Notes: a model not told the origin generated them from the sequence alone. 64,000 bases of DNA from Octopus bimaculoides (GCF_001194135.2 NC_068983.1:150066730-150130729), one strand, 5' to 3'; shown: positions 26,616 through 39,974, numbered from the stretch's first letter. Numbers and translations are program-made.

Positions 26616-27428
26616 TACAAGTTGCTTGGGCTAAATTTGAAGATATTTTGTCTCTTAAATAATAAAATTTAAAAAAAAAAAAAAACAGCTTTATGTATTG
26701 ATGATCAGTCAATGGCATTAGATCATATAAAGATTAAAGTTGTAGTTGAGAAAGAGTTAACTGACATGGAGGACTGGAAGCCATCTGAATATTGGAAAAC
26801 AGTTACCTGTGTCGTGATTCGCACTGTCAAAATTTCTGACATAACTGCTGCTCAATGCTCTGTGAACACTGTAGAGGCTGTAAGACATGGCATTGGACAG
26901 CTGCAACAGGCACTACTACAAAGCCATGGTCAGCAGGAAGGGACACAGTCAGTTCTTAGCTACAGAGGGTTACTGCTGGAAGGCCATTATGAGTGGCAGC
27001 AGGATTCAAATCCTTGCCATAACTCTGGAAAGAGTCAGTAGTGGTTATTGGAGAATTTCTGACTTCACCAGCCCCAAATTCTGGCCTCCTGATTTCCCTG
27101 ATTGTAATGTCATTGATTAATTTATGTGGGGACTTGTCTGAGAAAAAAAAACATTAGCTGCTCTGCTAGCAATACCAAGGCTGAGCTGGTGGCCCAGAGG
27201 CATTCGAAGATCTTCCCAAGGACACAATGCAGAATGCATGCACCAGTTTCCACTGCTGTTTAAAGGCTGTGGTAGAAGCTGAGGGCAGACACTTTGAGTA
27301 AGCTGTTACTTCCCAGCCATAATGTAATTGATATTTTTGGATTTTTTAAGATATTTTATTTTTGGATGGGATATTATATGCTCTTTTTCTTTAATGAAAA
27401 TTATAAAATTTAACCTGAACACCCTGTA
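26616..27428 (+). mobile_element. Internally deleted maT-like (DD37D) Tc1/mariner element
   Basis: WQQDSNPCH ... FWPPDFPDCNVID, with D-37-D spacing if one frameshifted codon is restored, and AVVEAEGRHFE*. Right TIR is aatttaacctgaacaccctgTA; the left TIR is degenerate. Confidence 0.75.
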
Positions 27429-28677
27429 TATACTGATTATACATCCTTTCCTTATAAATTTAAGCAATATGCACAGTTATTTTTCTCATTTTAAAATCAG
27501 TTAACAACAGCAAAAATTGAATTCAAAATCAAAGTATAAAATTCAGGTCATTAGTTAGCAGTTTGAAATCTGGATGGCAGAAATTTTCACACAAGCTGGA
27601 ATAAATTTTCCAAGCATTAAACAATGTGATTGACAATTAACAAAATTGCTTTTGGGAATAACATGCCATGAGAGAAGATGGATACAAATCAACATCTGAA
27701 AGTTAATTTCAATGTCAAATAGCTATAAAGGAAACCACACTACCTATGATAATTTTATGTCTCATACATTTAAATGGTTCTCTTTTAAATGACGTCTCTG
27801 GAAAATGACCCCTGAGCATATTTGTTTTTCATTTTTATTATTTTTTTTAAAAATAGAACTCATAAGCCAATATTTCAATAATTTTACTATGTAATTCAAA
27901 ACACTTGGTTATCAATTCCTTGCAATGCTTTCACAAAATCTCTTTCTCTAAGGATTCTTTTTTTAATCTAAACTTACTCTGAGGCTGACACATTGAAAGT
28001 ATAAAGAACTTAAAATCTAATCAATATCCAGAGGATGAATATCAATGAGATAACTAATGATGTACAAACCATTGCATTATGTACTTAATGTACTAAGTTA
28101 CTGACTCATATCTTTTGTCTAGGTCATTGTCACATTTCTTCGAGAGATATGCAGATAAGCTATCCTCTTGTTATCACAGCAGAAATCAATGTCTACTGAT
28201 ACTTTGTCATTTAAAAAATTTTTATCAACATATTTCTATCTAGTAACAGCAAGTTCTATTTGAAATTTTGTTGAGTTTCATCTCTCTAATGGACATAACA
28301 TTCCAAATGTAAATGAAAAGGATATTACAAGATCAGTTTAAGGAAGAAATAAAACAAGAAGAAAAAAAAGCAAAAAGAACTGAGAAAATTAAGTGGTTTT
28401 ATGGAATGGAAAATGCCAAAATTATTCTTTTAATAATTAGTCAATAGAATAGAATGCTAGCTGAAGGAATTACATATATTAATCCAAATCATCTCAGTGA
28501 TAGCCTTGGCTTTTTCTGTTAAGGTCAAATTTTTAAAAATAACAATATATTATTACACATCAAACAGATATTATTTCTTTAAAATCATATTTAACCCTTC
28601 ATTCTCATTATATAAACTTACACCTATACAATAAGAGCATAAAAGTTTACATGGGAAATACAAATTTATAACATCCA

Positions 28678-29527
28678 TACACATGGTTTGATCAATAAGT
28701 ATCAGACTGTTGCTATAGTAACGAAGCTAAAGTATGCAGAGTGAAGCTACTTGGCACAGATTGACCTTGAACACTGTTGTGCATGCGCACTAAGTTTTAA
28801 CATTCTAGCTCATTTCTGTTTACAGCAGTGCTTGGAAGGAAGGTGTGTAGTGTGTGATTGTCGCATTGACCATGACAGAAAGTTGAGCAGAGAATCTGCA
28901 TCAAATTTTGCTAAAAGCTTGGCGATACCTGCTCAGAGGCCTATGCAAAGTTTTCATTGTTCTCGATACAATCAAGAAGATCTCAAGCAATTGAAACCCA
29001 AGTGTCTTTTTGGTCAGCCAAAAGCAGTTTTGGCACAAGCTTGGCAGACACACATCTCATTCCCAAATCTTCAGTGATAATGGACTGTGCCGTAACTAAT
29101 CTGCACATCCTCTGATAACTCATGGATGGTGATTTGACAATTTCCCTTCACAGTTGCAATGTTTTTCTCAGTTCTGCTGGTTGTGGGTCTCCCAGAATGT
29201 TCATCATAATCGACATTTTTTCAACCATCTTGGAAACGTCTGAACCACTTATATACTTGTGTGCAGCTCATACACTTCTCTTCATACACTTTCTGCAACT
29301 TTATGTAGGCCTCTGAGCAGGTGTCACCATGACAACTTTCTCTGTCATGGTCAATGCGATGATCACATGCTACACACCTTCAGCTTTAAACAGTGGAAGT
29401 GAGCTAGAACATTCAAACTTGATGTGAAGGCTCAGCAGAGTTCAAGTTCAATCCTTCCCAAGCAGCTTCACACTGTGTGCTTCATTACTATGGTAGCAGT
29501 CTGGATACTTATTGATCAGACCTTGTA
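28678..29527. mobile_element. Mariner derivative made of two inverted 5' ends
   Basis: The TIR TAc..ggt(c/t)tgatcaataagtatc lies at both ends. Plus arm encodes MTE(K)VEQRICIKFC*KLGDTCSEAYAK. Minus arm carries the same leader and continues MSCTQVYKWFRRFQDG..SGRPTTS..DLGMRCVSAKLVPK. Confidence 0.85.
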
Positions 29528-29926
29528 TTCTGAAGTGATTTATAATAAATTCAGATACAAAATTAATGCAGCCTCTGGCACTGATTATCCAGGGATAAAA
29601 ATTAGATTTGGAGTTAAGGAATTTCTGGAAAGCATTAAGGTCAACAGATCATATCAATTATATGCCTGATCCTTGTAAACACAAGCACTCTTACTGATCC
29701 AACAGTCTAGCAAGGTCTTCAGGTCCAACTACCATTTAGTAGCCTGTATTTTCAGTCCTTTACATATCACAAATATAACTTTTTTGATAGCCAGGGTAAG
29801 AGGAATGAATATGATTGTTTTACATAAGTGCAAAAAAACTTACATCATACAAATATATTTTAGACTGAGGAATTTTAGAGAGAAAGTGTGGGAGAGAAAG
29901 AGAGAGAATAAACTAATGCATACAGG

Positions 29927-30059
29927 NNNNNNNNNNNNNNNNNNNNNNNNNNNNNNNNNNNNNNNNNNNNNNNNNNNNNNNNNNNNNNNNNNNNNNNNNN
30001 NNNNNNNNNNNNNNNNNNNNNNNNNNNNNNNNNNNNNNNNNNNNNNNNNNNNNNNNNNN
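29927..30059. other. Assembly gap (N)
   Basis: N run. Confidence 0.99.
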
Positions 30060-30259
30060 ATATATATATAAAGTAGAAGTTGAAAATGCACTGAAAATAG
30101 TTAAAATAATTTTTTTTATTATATTTAAAGATTTAACTGTTTCACAGTTTACACTGATTTTCAAGAAGTTGAAAAAGAGAGAAACATGGCTTATGTCACA
30201 GCTGTTTCGCTTCTGACTAGTGTTTGAAGTTTGCCTTATTTTTATAGAGAGTTCATGGC

Positions 30260-31240
30260 TCAAGGTAGTAAATGTTTTAAATAGGATTTGATTGATAGAG
30301 AATAGTCAGATAACTGGTCTTAGAAATTTTTGTAGGCTCCCTGCTATGTCTGAGTGACAATGTTTGAGGCTGACACGGTTGACTGAACAGGTCCAATCAA
30401 TGTTTAAGTTTAGAACCTTTTTCACATATGTCAGTGAGTTAGTGTCACATGACAGTATATTTTGTACCTAAAAAGACCAACACAGTTGAGTGAATATGTT
30501 TAGTTACAATCAAGGTACTCCAAATTTAATCAGTCTGGCAGGAGAGTAAACAGGAGTTGTTTATATGTATTCCAGTGGCTAAAGTTTAGGTTGTTTAGCT
30601 GTGTAGGTTCCTCATGTTAAATGGCAGAATGAGTTGTGTGTGTGAATAGTTATTTGTGTATGTACTCTGTTAAAGTCTTGGTTTGTACTTTTGTATGAAA
30701 ATATTTTCTTTGTTTATCTGTGGTATTCACTGAACATAGGTAGAGTGGACTTGGGGGGGGGCTTATTTTTTGCACATATGTCTATGTATCCATAGAGTGG
30801 AATCTGTCTAGTACTGGGGTCTCGTATTTGTTGTCGATGAATGCTCAGTCTATTTCTTAGAGTAAGCTTTGTTTGACCTGTGTAATCTTCATTACATCAT
30901 TGACATTTGATAGCGTATCTTAAATTCCTTGAAGAACATGTAAAGTGATTTTTTAATGGTAAAAATCTGTCCTGCTTTGAATATGTATGTTGTGTCTTCA
31001 ATAATGTTGATGTAAGTCCTGCAATTGGAGTGGCCACACTTCTTGACTGTTGGTGTAAGAATTATGGAAGGTAATTTAGCACTTGTGAGGATTTTTTGAG
31101 GGACTTTGTCTTTTTTTGAATACTTGTTTCATTCTTATTATTTACCTTTTATTATCACCTTTTTGTAGTGGGCCTTGTAATATAAATCTCTCTGTATAAT
31201 CTCAATATCCATAATAACTATAGCACATCCCTTAATTATA
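30260..31240 (-). mobile_element. Penelope-like element, GIY-YIG endonuclease end
   Basis: VKKCGHSNC (zinc-finger linker), then HFTCSSRNLRYAIKCQ*CNEDYTGQTKLTLRNRLSIHRQQIRDP at about 30790-30950, which fits the PLE GIY-YIG pattern NxIYxIxC..C...YIGQT. Confidence 0.85.
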
Positions 31241-32019
31241 ATGTCATTGTTTTTCAGTTCATAAGTCTTGTCATAATGGTGCTTGCACATAAACACTATG
31301 CAGTGCTGTGATCAACTTCCAAAGACCAGGTCCAGCACCTTCACTGTTTTTAGTGTGTGATGGATTGCATGTGGTTAAATTGATATGATGCTCAACAAAT
31401 AGTCTTAAAAGCAATACCATAAATAATGTACAAGGACAAAACAAGCACCTCTCACCCAGTTTACTATTACAGCTGCTACCCATACAACCATCTACTGCTT
31501 GGGTGCCTGTAACAGAGTAGCTCTGATCTAAGGATAATTTCCTCCTTTTTTTCCAAAAAGTAGATAAAAAAAAAAAAAAAGACCCATAAAATGTATGGTA
31601 CATTATTTTAAACTTGCGTGGTCGGTTTGTTGGTGTGCTGTGTTTGGTTCCACTACTTTCAGACCTCCAAGCACAGAAAAAAATCTATTTTGTTTTCGTG
31701 AGAGCATGTGTACATAAAAAGTTAGAATGTGTGCTAATGTGTCTACAGCTGTTGAAGCACACTGCATATATAACAGATAGGCAGAAAGTATTAAGAATTC
31801 AAAGAACAGAGTTAATATTGAACTAAATCAAAAGATTGGTGAGCAGGGCAAAAAGACAAAAAACAGTTTCTTGTTTGTACATAAAGTAGTTTTGTAGGGA
31901 AATATACATGAAATAGATTTAAAAGAAAACTGTTTTACCATAAATTTTAAAATAAGTTAACAAAAAAAGAAAGAAAAAACTGATTTTAACAATCTGAATA
32001 TTCAGCCAAGTAAACTCAC

Positions 32020-32112
32020 CTGAAGAACAAACTTTTGATCAATGAATTTTTTAGCAGAAGTTGCCACAAAGTCAGGAGATTCTAAAAACCTTAAGAAAAA
32101 TTCATAGACAAT
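32020..32112 (-). CDS. PPP2R5E: PP2A B56 internal exon (93 nt, phase 0/0): [31 protein letters not shown]
   Basis: Minus strand reads (T)nCCCCAG|ATTGTCTAT...CTTCAG|GTGAGT. Matches the B56 motif [11 protein letters not shown]...IDQKFVLQ. Confidence 0.97.
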
Positions 32113-32307
32113 CTGGGGAAAAAAGAAAAAAGAAAGGTTTTATAAAGTTGGTTGATAGCTATAACAAGAGAAGGAAAGAAAAAAAAAATTATATATATAC
32201 ATTAAAAAGAATTATAGAAAGAAATAACATTTACAAATAACATTTACAAATAATATTAACAAGTTACAGTGAACTTCAGTGTTAAATTGAAACAGATATA
32301 AACATAA

Positions 32308-32441
32308 GTGCAGGCATAGCTTATAAGTTTACATCCCAACTATATGGTTTCAGGTAGTGCACAACATTTTGGACAAGTGTCTTTTGCTACAGCCCCAAGC
32401 CAAATCCTTGTGGGTTTGATAGACTGAAACTGAAAGCAGCC
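32308..32441 (+). mobile_element. Family-B SINE 5' part
   Basis: gtgcaggcatagc...ttggacaagtgtctttt...ccttgtgggtttgatagactgaaactgaaag. Confidence 0.7.
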
Positions 32442-32451
32442 AGTTTGTGTA

Positions 32452-32675
32452 TCATCATCAGTTTTAACATCTACTTTTCCATGCTTACTTAGGCCAGAGT
32501 TTATTGAGGCAGACTTCTTGTCACCAAATCCTCACTTGTTTCCAAGTATTATTTTACCAAGGTCAGACATGTTTCCACAGAATATTGGAAATGAATGACA
32601 TTGCTTTTATGACAGTGATGCTCATTTACAACTATCATGTAATATCAAAACAAGGAAGCACAAATACTCTCTCTC

Positions 32676-32709
<34 letters not shown>

Positions 32710-32859
32710 GCTTTTTTCAGTTTCTGTCAACCAAATCTACTCACAAGGTTTTGATCAGTTCAAGCCTCTAGATGACACTTATCCAAGATACCATGCAGTG
32801 TGACTGAACCTGAAACCATGTGGTTGGGAAGTAACTTCTTAATCACACAGCCATGCCTG
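32452..32859 (-). mobile_element. Family-B SINE, near full length
   Basis: Head caggcatggctgtgtgattaagaag..cccaaccacatgg, internal (CA)n, and RTE-like tail with (GAT)n. Confidence 0.8.
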
Positions 32860-33304
32860 AATGTGTGTTTGTGTGTGTGTCTGTCTGTCCTTTTTTTGAC
32901 AGCATGTGATTGTTGTAAACAAGCACTATTGTCATACATACAGCTTCATTCATTTCCAGTCTTCTGAAGAAAAATAACATGCGCCTGGCGATAGGTAAAT
33001 AATACCTTGTTTGGAAACATGTGAGGGTTGGGAACAGGAGGGGTGATGTAAGACTAATAAAAGAAGATAACTACTGTATGGGGAGTGTAATGGAGCTTGG
33101 AACTATATGATAAATCCTTCTAGACCACATGGTTATATCTGCACTCCTCTGGTTAACCACAAGCAAATATGTGTAAATGCACAGATGTGTGTTCCTGCAT
33201 GCTTACACACACAAGTATGGAGGAAGTTGTAGCTCCAAATCACAATGCATGTGAATATTTGTTGACAAATACCTTACTAAGATTATGATGTGCAGTGAAG
33301 AATG

Positions 33305-33309
33305 AGTGA

Positions 33310-33365
<56 letters not shown>
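33305..33365. repeat. (GA)n microsatellite
   Basis: Read directly. Confidence 0.95.
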
Positions 33366-33367
<2 letters not shown>

Positions 33368-34277
33368 GAGGGGAGGAGGTTATATCTAACCTAAAATAAC
33401 TATAACTTGAAACTGCTAGTCACTGGGGATTGTCTTTTTTTTAACACTACCTTGGTGAGAGATATGTTTGAAGCAAAACATTCTCTACAAAGAGCAAAAT
33501 TCACACATCTCCTTTATATTGTATATATCAGAGGTTGACTTTTTTTCCATTTACCGTCAATGCAGAAACTTAATGCAGTAGCCTCAAATAGTTTATATGA
33601 ATATTTATAGTGCACTTTAGTAAAAAGACACTTAGCTGAAGACTAGTTATGAGATATACTGTGGAATATGTACATGTCCCATGATAACAATAAGTATGTG
33701 CTAGTGTATGTGTTATGGGAATTGAATACAGCTCCACTTACTGACCAGTTTCAATTCAGCAGAGAATACCCAGACTAATACATACATACACTTTCCACAA
33801 GTATTTGAGTTACATACACATTCATACAAACACACACATATCTATATACATAGTAAGCAAGCAAGCAAGCAAACACACAAATATTGTGTCAGTTGAATGA
33901 GTGAGGTGTGCTCAATATATGTAGCAGAGTATCTTGATTAACTGAAGCTGAATTTTCGTCTAGTTACTCAAGTTTCATGCCACTGTGATCTTTCGGTGAG
34001 AACTGTTGCAATTTGGTTCTTGTAGCATATTTATATTCATTGGTGTGACCGTGGTCTTGTTTTGCATTTGCTAATTAGCTGTTATTGCTCTGCTGCTCCA
34101 TGGATCATTTTTGTTTTCATGAGGGTGTGTGTTTCTAATTTGTATATCCTAGATTTAGCTGTGGCTGTTCCTTTGTAAGTTGTTGAATTTAACTGAAACT
34201 AATTGAGGACAGTTCTTTTGTAAAACTTACTTTATGGCTTGCTGTGGCTGTTAGAAAGTATGTGTTTATTTCAATGG

Positions 34278-34280
<3 letters not shown>

Positions 34281-34358
<78 letters not shown>
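34281..34358. repeat. (TG)n microsatellite
   Basis: Read directly. Confidence 0.97.
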
Positions 34359-34359
<1 letters not shown>

Positions 34360-34599
34360 CACGTGCACATGCAAGCATGCATGCCAACAGCTGGAATTCA
34401 TATACTTGTCGATGTTTGTCAAGTTGATTGGTTATGGCTACAATAAATGGGATTGTGTGTGTGCACATATGTACATAAATGCATAACAAATATATACAAA
34501 TGTATAATTATATACATGTGTGTGTATGTATATCCATATAAACAGATATAAATGTTGGTCGGTTGATTTCTCCAGTCATGCTTTACATAGTATATAGAG

Positions 34600-35050
34600 A
34601 GGGGGGGGCCTGTCATTCTGACTACTGCTCTTTCAAAACATTCTCTACTGCAGTTAATTAGGTCACTTAAGTAACAGAAGCTATCTTTAGGGATCCTCAC
34701 AGGCAACTGAGAGCATCTATTCCCCATGTGTTTATTACCCCTGCTTATCTGCCACATATAAAACGTCTTCTGTTGACCTGCTTATGATTTCACTGCACCT
34801 TTTGTGTAACCACAGATTGCACTGGGTACACCTTAGGGAATTCTCCCTGTCCCTATACTCCTCACACTCCCTCCTCACCACAGCTTTCATGTACTTTTCT
34901 GCTGAATTCACCCCCTCCTCGTTGACTGCTATGGCACAAGAATTTCAAAATATTTGGTCTACAGCTCTACCAATCATACTCTGGGTAGTTGAATTAGAAG
35001 TATTCAGTCAACTGAACAGGATTACCATTATAATGCATTATTTTTAAGAT
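34600..35050 (-). mobile_element. Old RTE LINE fragment with PHD remnant
   Basis: Minus strand encodes NSLRCTQCNLWLHKRCS at about 34790-34845, homologous to the PHD segment of the other RTE copies. Confidence 0.6.
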
Positions 35051-37273
35051 ATGTACATCCTCTTGTCTTTTAATAACGAAATTTTTTTAATAGACATACA
35101 ACAAAATAGGACAGTATTAAAAATATATAAAAACAGAATTACAACAAAATTATAGAAAAAATTTTAAATTTTAAGTCTCATTTAAATCTGAACCCACCCA
35201 CCCCCTGCATGCATGCACACGCACACACACAAAATAAGGAGACACATATTGCTGGCTTAACACCTGTTTTTCTATGCTAGCATGTACTGGGGAAATACAA
35301 ACACATGAACATACAAACTTTAATGCAAAGAGGCATATAAAAAATATTTACTGGAATAGAATGAAAAAATTTTCACTAGTGTTACTTTGGAAAGCAAGAA
35401 TAATGCGCAAGCAGTTGGTCGATTCAATTGATACAGAATTGAAACGAGAAAACATACTTCAAAACCAAACTAGATAATTAGTTTAATTTTAGACGACGAT
35501 ATGCATGACAGAAATAGAGAAGAAAGGAAGAAATAGAGGTATTGACTTAGCTCTAAGCAAAATGTTCAATTAAATTGCTTAACAACTAAGCTACATGAAT
35601 ATTGTTTGCTTGTGAGATTATTCATTCAATTAGCACATAAAATTTTGATGGTCAAAATTTGCAGGAGCTGTTCTGACCTAATTGCCTAACATTTGCTATT
35701 GTCTCTTCAAATCAATTTGATTTAAAGACACACAAAATCCACCCACTTTTCGTTGGACAGAGGACATTAAAAACGAAAATTACATATGTTGAATATTACT
35801 ATAAATTATGGATAAAATATTACATCTTTTCATGACGGGACTGCAACAAACTGCTGGCTAGAGCAGTATCTTTACCAATTCTGACACAATTTGCCATTTA
35901 AGTAGCCATGATGTATTAGTGCTGTACTAAAAAGACAAGGAGTGGAAGTAATTTCACTCCAAATAATGTGACTAAATTGCATTGTAATTATTATTCAAAG
36001 GAACTTTTGAATTTTCTTTTAAAAAGTCAAGACTTAAAGATTAAGTAGAAAGCTTTATGCTTGAAGCCATGAATTCAGATCTTGCTTCAGTCTTAGATAA
36101 ATTAACTTAAAGTAATAGTGAGAGGTAAGTCTGACTTTCAACACAAGGAACAATCCTAGACTTTTTTTTTTTTTTTAATTTTTTTTTTAGATATCATTAA
36201 GCTTGAGTATACTGTATTATTCTAATGGGATCTTAATACAGTGACAGATGCCCTTAGTTGTCCCTTATTTGCAAACAAAGATCAGGCTTATTTCTTTCTT
36301 GAAATTACTTTCCTTTTTCTTTGAGTGACCAATAATCACTGCCAGGCTTTTGTTTTCTTTCTCTATTTAAAAGTAAAATTTCAATAAATAATTATTTTGC
36401 ATATGGGATTCTGTGTATCACCTATTATCTCTGTTCATACTATTTGTCAGTTCATTAGCTCTTCTATTTGCAATTTCAAACTTCTAGTCAGTTCTGATAC
36501 TAAACCACAATTGCTTCAATCCTGTTCCTTTTATTTTTAAGGAACACAAAAAACTCCACTGAAACTTTGTCTTTAATTTTTCCACAGCATCATACCATAT
36601 AAAACATGTTACTAGAATCTAAGCAACTTTGAAGCACTTAGCCCAATGTGATTGGCACAAGCAGTAGAATGTGGAACAAAATACACTGTTGTATTATTAT
36701 TTAGTAACAATTTTTATGCTCTGAGTTCAAATACACCAAAGTCAAATGACTTCCATTCTTTCAGGGTTGATAAACTAAAGTAGCAAGATTGATAAATATG
36801 AATTTGAGGAAAGGGGCACAAAGACACACAGATTCATAACAAGTTTGTGAGCCTTTGTAACAAGTTTTATATTGTCCATTGATGGATTAATTTTTTTTAA
36901 ACTACTATAAAGCTAACAAGTAATGAAGTTTGTTCACACATTGACTTTATCCATAAATATATTTCATTCTACAACTGTAGGTACTCAAATATTGTTTATG
37001 TAGTTTCATTTAAAGTGTGCGTCTGTGTGTGTTTTCCTGTGTTGATAAGAATCAGATAGTTGTGTAAATTTGGATAAATATTATCACTGGATGCCCTTTC
37101 ATGATTACCAGGATCTACATTCAACATAGACTGATACAAGCAGAGTCAGGTAGGTTCAAGGGAATAATGTACTTGCTTACATCGATTCAATAGCAAGTAC
37201 AAAATTTCCAACAATGTATTTTTGTATGTATTACATACATACAAAATTAACACACACACACTCATATACATAC

Positions 37274-37308
<35 letters not shown>

Positions 37309-37575
37309 NNNNNNNNNNNNNNNNNNNNNNNNNNNNNNNNNNNNNNNNNNNNNNNNNNNNNNNNNNNNNNNNNNNNNNNNNNNNNNNNNNNNNNNNNNNN
37401 NNNNNNNNNNNNNNNNNNNNNNNNNNNNNNNNNNNNNNNNNNNNNNNNNNNNNNNNNNNNNNNNNNNNNNNNNNNNNNNNNNNNNNNNNNNNNNNNNNNN
37501 NNNNNNNNNNNNNNNNNNNNNNNNNNNNNNNNNNNNNNNNNNNNNNNNNNNNNNNNNNNNNNNNNNNNNNNNNNN
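37309..37575. other. Assembly gap (N) after (TA)n
   Basis: N run. Confidence 0.99.
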
Positions 37576-37639
37576 AAGAACTACTAAATTTTCAGTATGT
37601 TGAAGAAGCAACTCAAGCTAATCCCTGTATATTTATGAT

Positions 37640-37677
<38 letters not shown>

Positions 37678-38487
37678 GGAAATAAATTAGGCAACTGTGT
37701 TGCAGAATTCTAAGTTAATTTAACAGCTGATCAATTAATATCAATACTTCTGTGAGAAAGAGCAGACCAATTAATGAATATGCAAGCTTCTGCTAGTGAC
37801 AGCTGCAAGTGTGTAACATGGTTACCCACTGCATGAAACCAAATCCCTTCTATAGCTCAGTGTAAGTTTACTGAGCAAGAAACTCTAAGGCAGAAAAAAA
37901 CTATTATACATTGTATAAACTGGACAATGTGTATCACAGGCAACATAGTTGGAGTTTAGTAAGATAACAGGATAAACAAAATAAACTGGATCTAGAATCT
38001 ACACAAGTACTTTGTTTTTCATTAAGTTTTGTACTGGAGTTTTTTTTTTATACTTGAAAAGTAATCAAGCTGAAAGTAATGGTGACTGAGGCTAAAATAT
38101 ATGCCATAGCTATTATTATAATAATTTCTATGATGAGTGATACTTGAATTCAGTTACACATAAGAGTGAAAATATTCATAGATCTGGAGATGACCAACAG
38201 ATCTACTTGTAATCAACCCTTGCAGCTCTTTAGGAAAAATTGATTTTAATATTCTTGGTAAATACTTCAGAATGGCTACTGTAAGTGTATCAACAGTTAA
38301 ATTTTTTCAGATACTGAGAAAGTAATTCTATTAAAACAGTAGCAGTGTAGCTAAAAAGTTCACTTCACCACTCTGTGATTTCAGATTTGAGCAACATTTT
38401 CTACAACCAAACTGACACCCTGTAAGTGAAATTTGGAAGACAAAAACTATGATCTATCTATAAATGATGATGATTGTTGATATATAT

Positions 38488-38680
38488 CACCATCATTTAA
38501 TGTATGTCTTCTATGTGACATGGGTTGAATGGTTAGACAGGATCTGATGAGCCAGGGGAGTGCATCAAGCTCCAATATCTACTTTGGCATGGTTTCTGCA
38601 GCTGGGTGCTCTTCCTAACACCAAACCCTCTACAGAGTGTACTGGGTTCTTTTTACATGGCACCTGCACTAGCAAAGTAG
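38488..38680 (-). mobile_element. Diverged RTE 3' tail
   Basis: catcattt..catgggttg...gctccaat...cagctgggtgctcttcctaacaccaa, homologous to 46385-46560. Confidence 0.7.
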
Positions 38681-38727
38681 TAAGTAACTTGCAAAACAAG
38701 TCTCTTTGACCAAGTAGGGGGATACAT

Positions 38728-39134
38728 GGGTGCAGGCATAACTATGTGCTTAAAAAGTTTGCTTCCCAACTGCATAATCTTGGGTTCAGTCCAACTGTGT
38801 AGAACCATGGGCAAGTGTCTTTTACTCTAGCTCTGAGCTGACCAAAGAATTGTGAGTGGATTTGGTAGGTGGAAACTGAAACACACCCATCATATATGTG
38901 TGCGCTTCTGTTTGTGACTTTTTGTCTTGAAATCATGCACTAGATGTAACCAAGCATCATACAAGTGGTGTCATTCATTTCTAGTCTTTCATGGAAACTT
39001 GTCTGGCCAAGGAGAAATATAACTAACTTGGACACAGTTGAGAGCTGGCAACAGGAAGAGCATCCGGTTACAAAAAAACTTGCTTAAATGAATTCCATTC
39101 GACACATGCAAGCATGGAAAGGTGGACATTGAAG
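38728..39134 (+). mobile_element. Family-B SINE, near full length, with RTE-like tail
   Basis: Head gtgcaggcat..gcttcccaac..gggttcagtcc..gggcaagtgtct; tail ggcaacaggaagagcatcc...catgcaagcatggaaaggtggacatt. Confidence 0.8.
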
Positions 39135-39904
39135 TGAGTGAGTGTGTGTATGTGAGTGTTTATGTTTACAGGGTAATTCAAAAAAATAACTGACTGAAAT
39201 AAATACTAGGTCTAACATTATAGGCTAAAAACCCTTAAAGTGGTACCTCAACATGGTCACAGTTCATTGAGTGAAATGAGCAAAAACGTAAAAATAAGAG
39301 AACATCATTAAGCAAACATATTTCAAAAGTACTTCGCCATCTTGCTCAACAAACATCATACAAGATGAAAGTGCTACAGCATCATATTCTAAGCCAGAAG
39401 ATATAAAATTTTCTATTCCTGGGTGTCTTTGAAATGTCGAAACCTAATCAAACTCTGGAGTTGCAGAAAAATTCCTAGATGCTACTAAAGTGCCAAAACC
39501 AAGCATATTCTGAGATAAGAGATAAACTGGGCAAAAATAACAAAAAACTTCAGTGATTTTATATAGTTCAACAATTTGGAACCAGCACTAGAAATGAGGT
39601 TCATTCATTTAGTGCCAATTATTCTGCAGCTTAAATCCAGCCCGCCTTGATTGTTTATAATCTCACCTTGGGTTAAAAAAGATAAAAGCCAGTAATAATT
39701 TGGGAAATTTTCTTTGACAAGCAATCACTCAATTTAGAACCTAGAACATATTGACAGCCTAATATTTGGAGGTATACCTCAAGTATAATGAGAAAGCAAT
39801 GGAAGATTGTAGCTAATTTAATATTCTATACAAGTTAGAAAAAATTAGCAATGAAAGACAGCTGCACCTAATGTAAATTTAAAGTTGGATTCATTGACAA
39901 AACA

Positions 39905-39917
39905 AGTGTGTATGTGT

Positions 39918-39970
<53 letters not shown>
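39905..39970. repeat. (TG)n microsatellite
   Basis: Read directly. Confidence 0.95.

Positions 39971-39974
<4 letters not shown>

Noticed and set aside
34189-34489. ORFs with (CV)n or (HT)n repeats (also 6139, 49660)
   Set aside because: Translations of dinucleotide microsatellites.
39165-39800. Possible Tc1/mariner element starting TAcagggt
   Set aside because: No matching right TIR or transposase motif was found.
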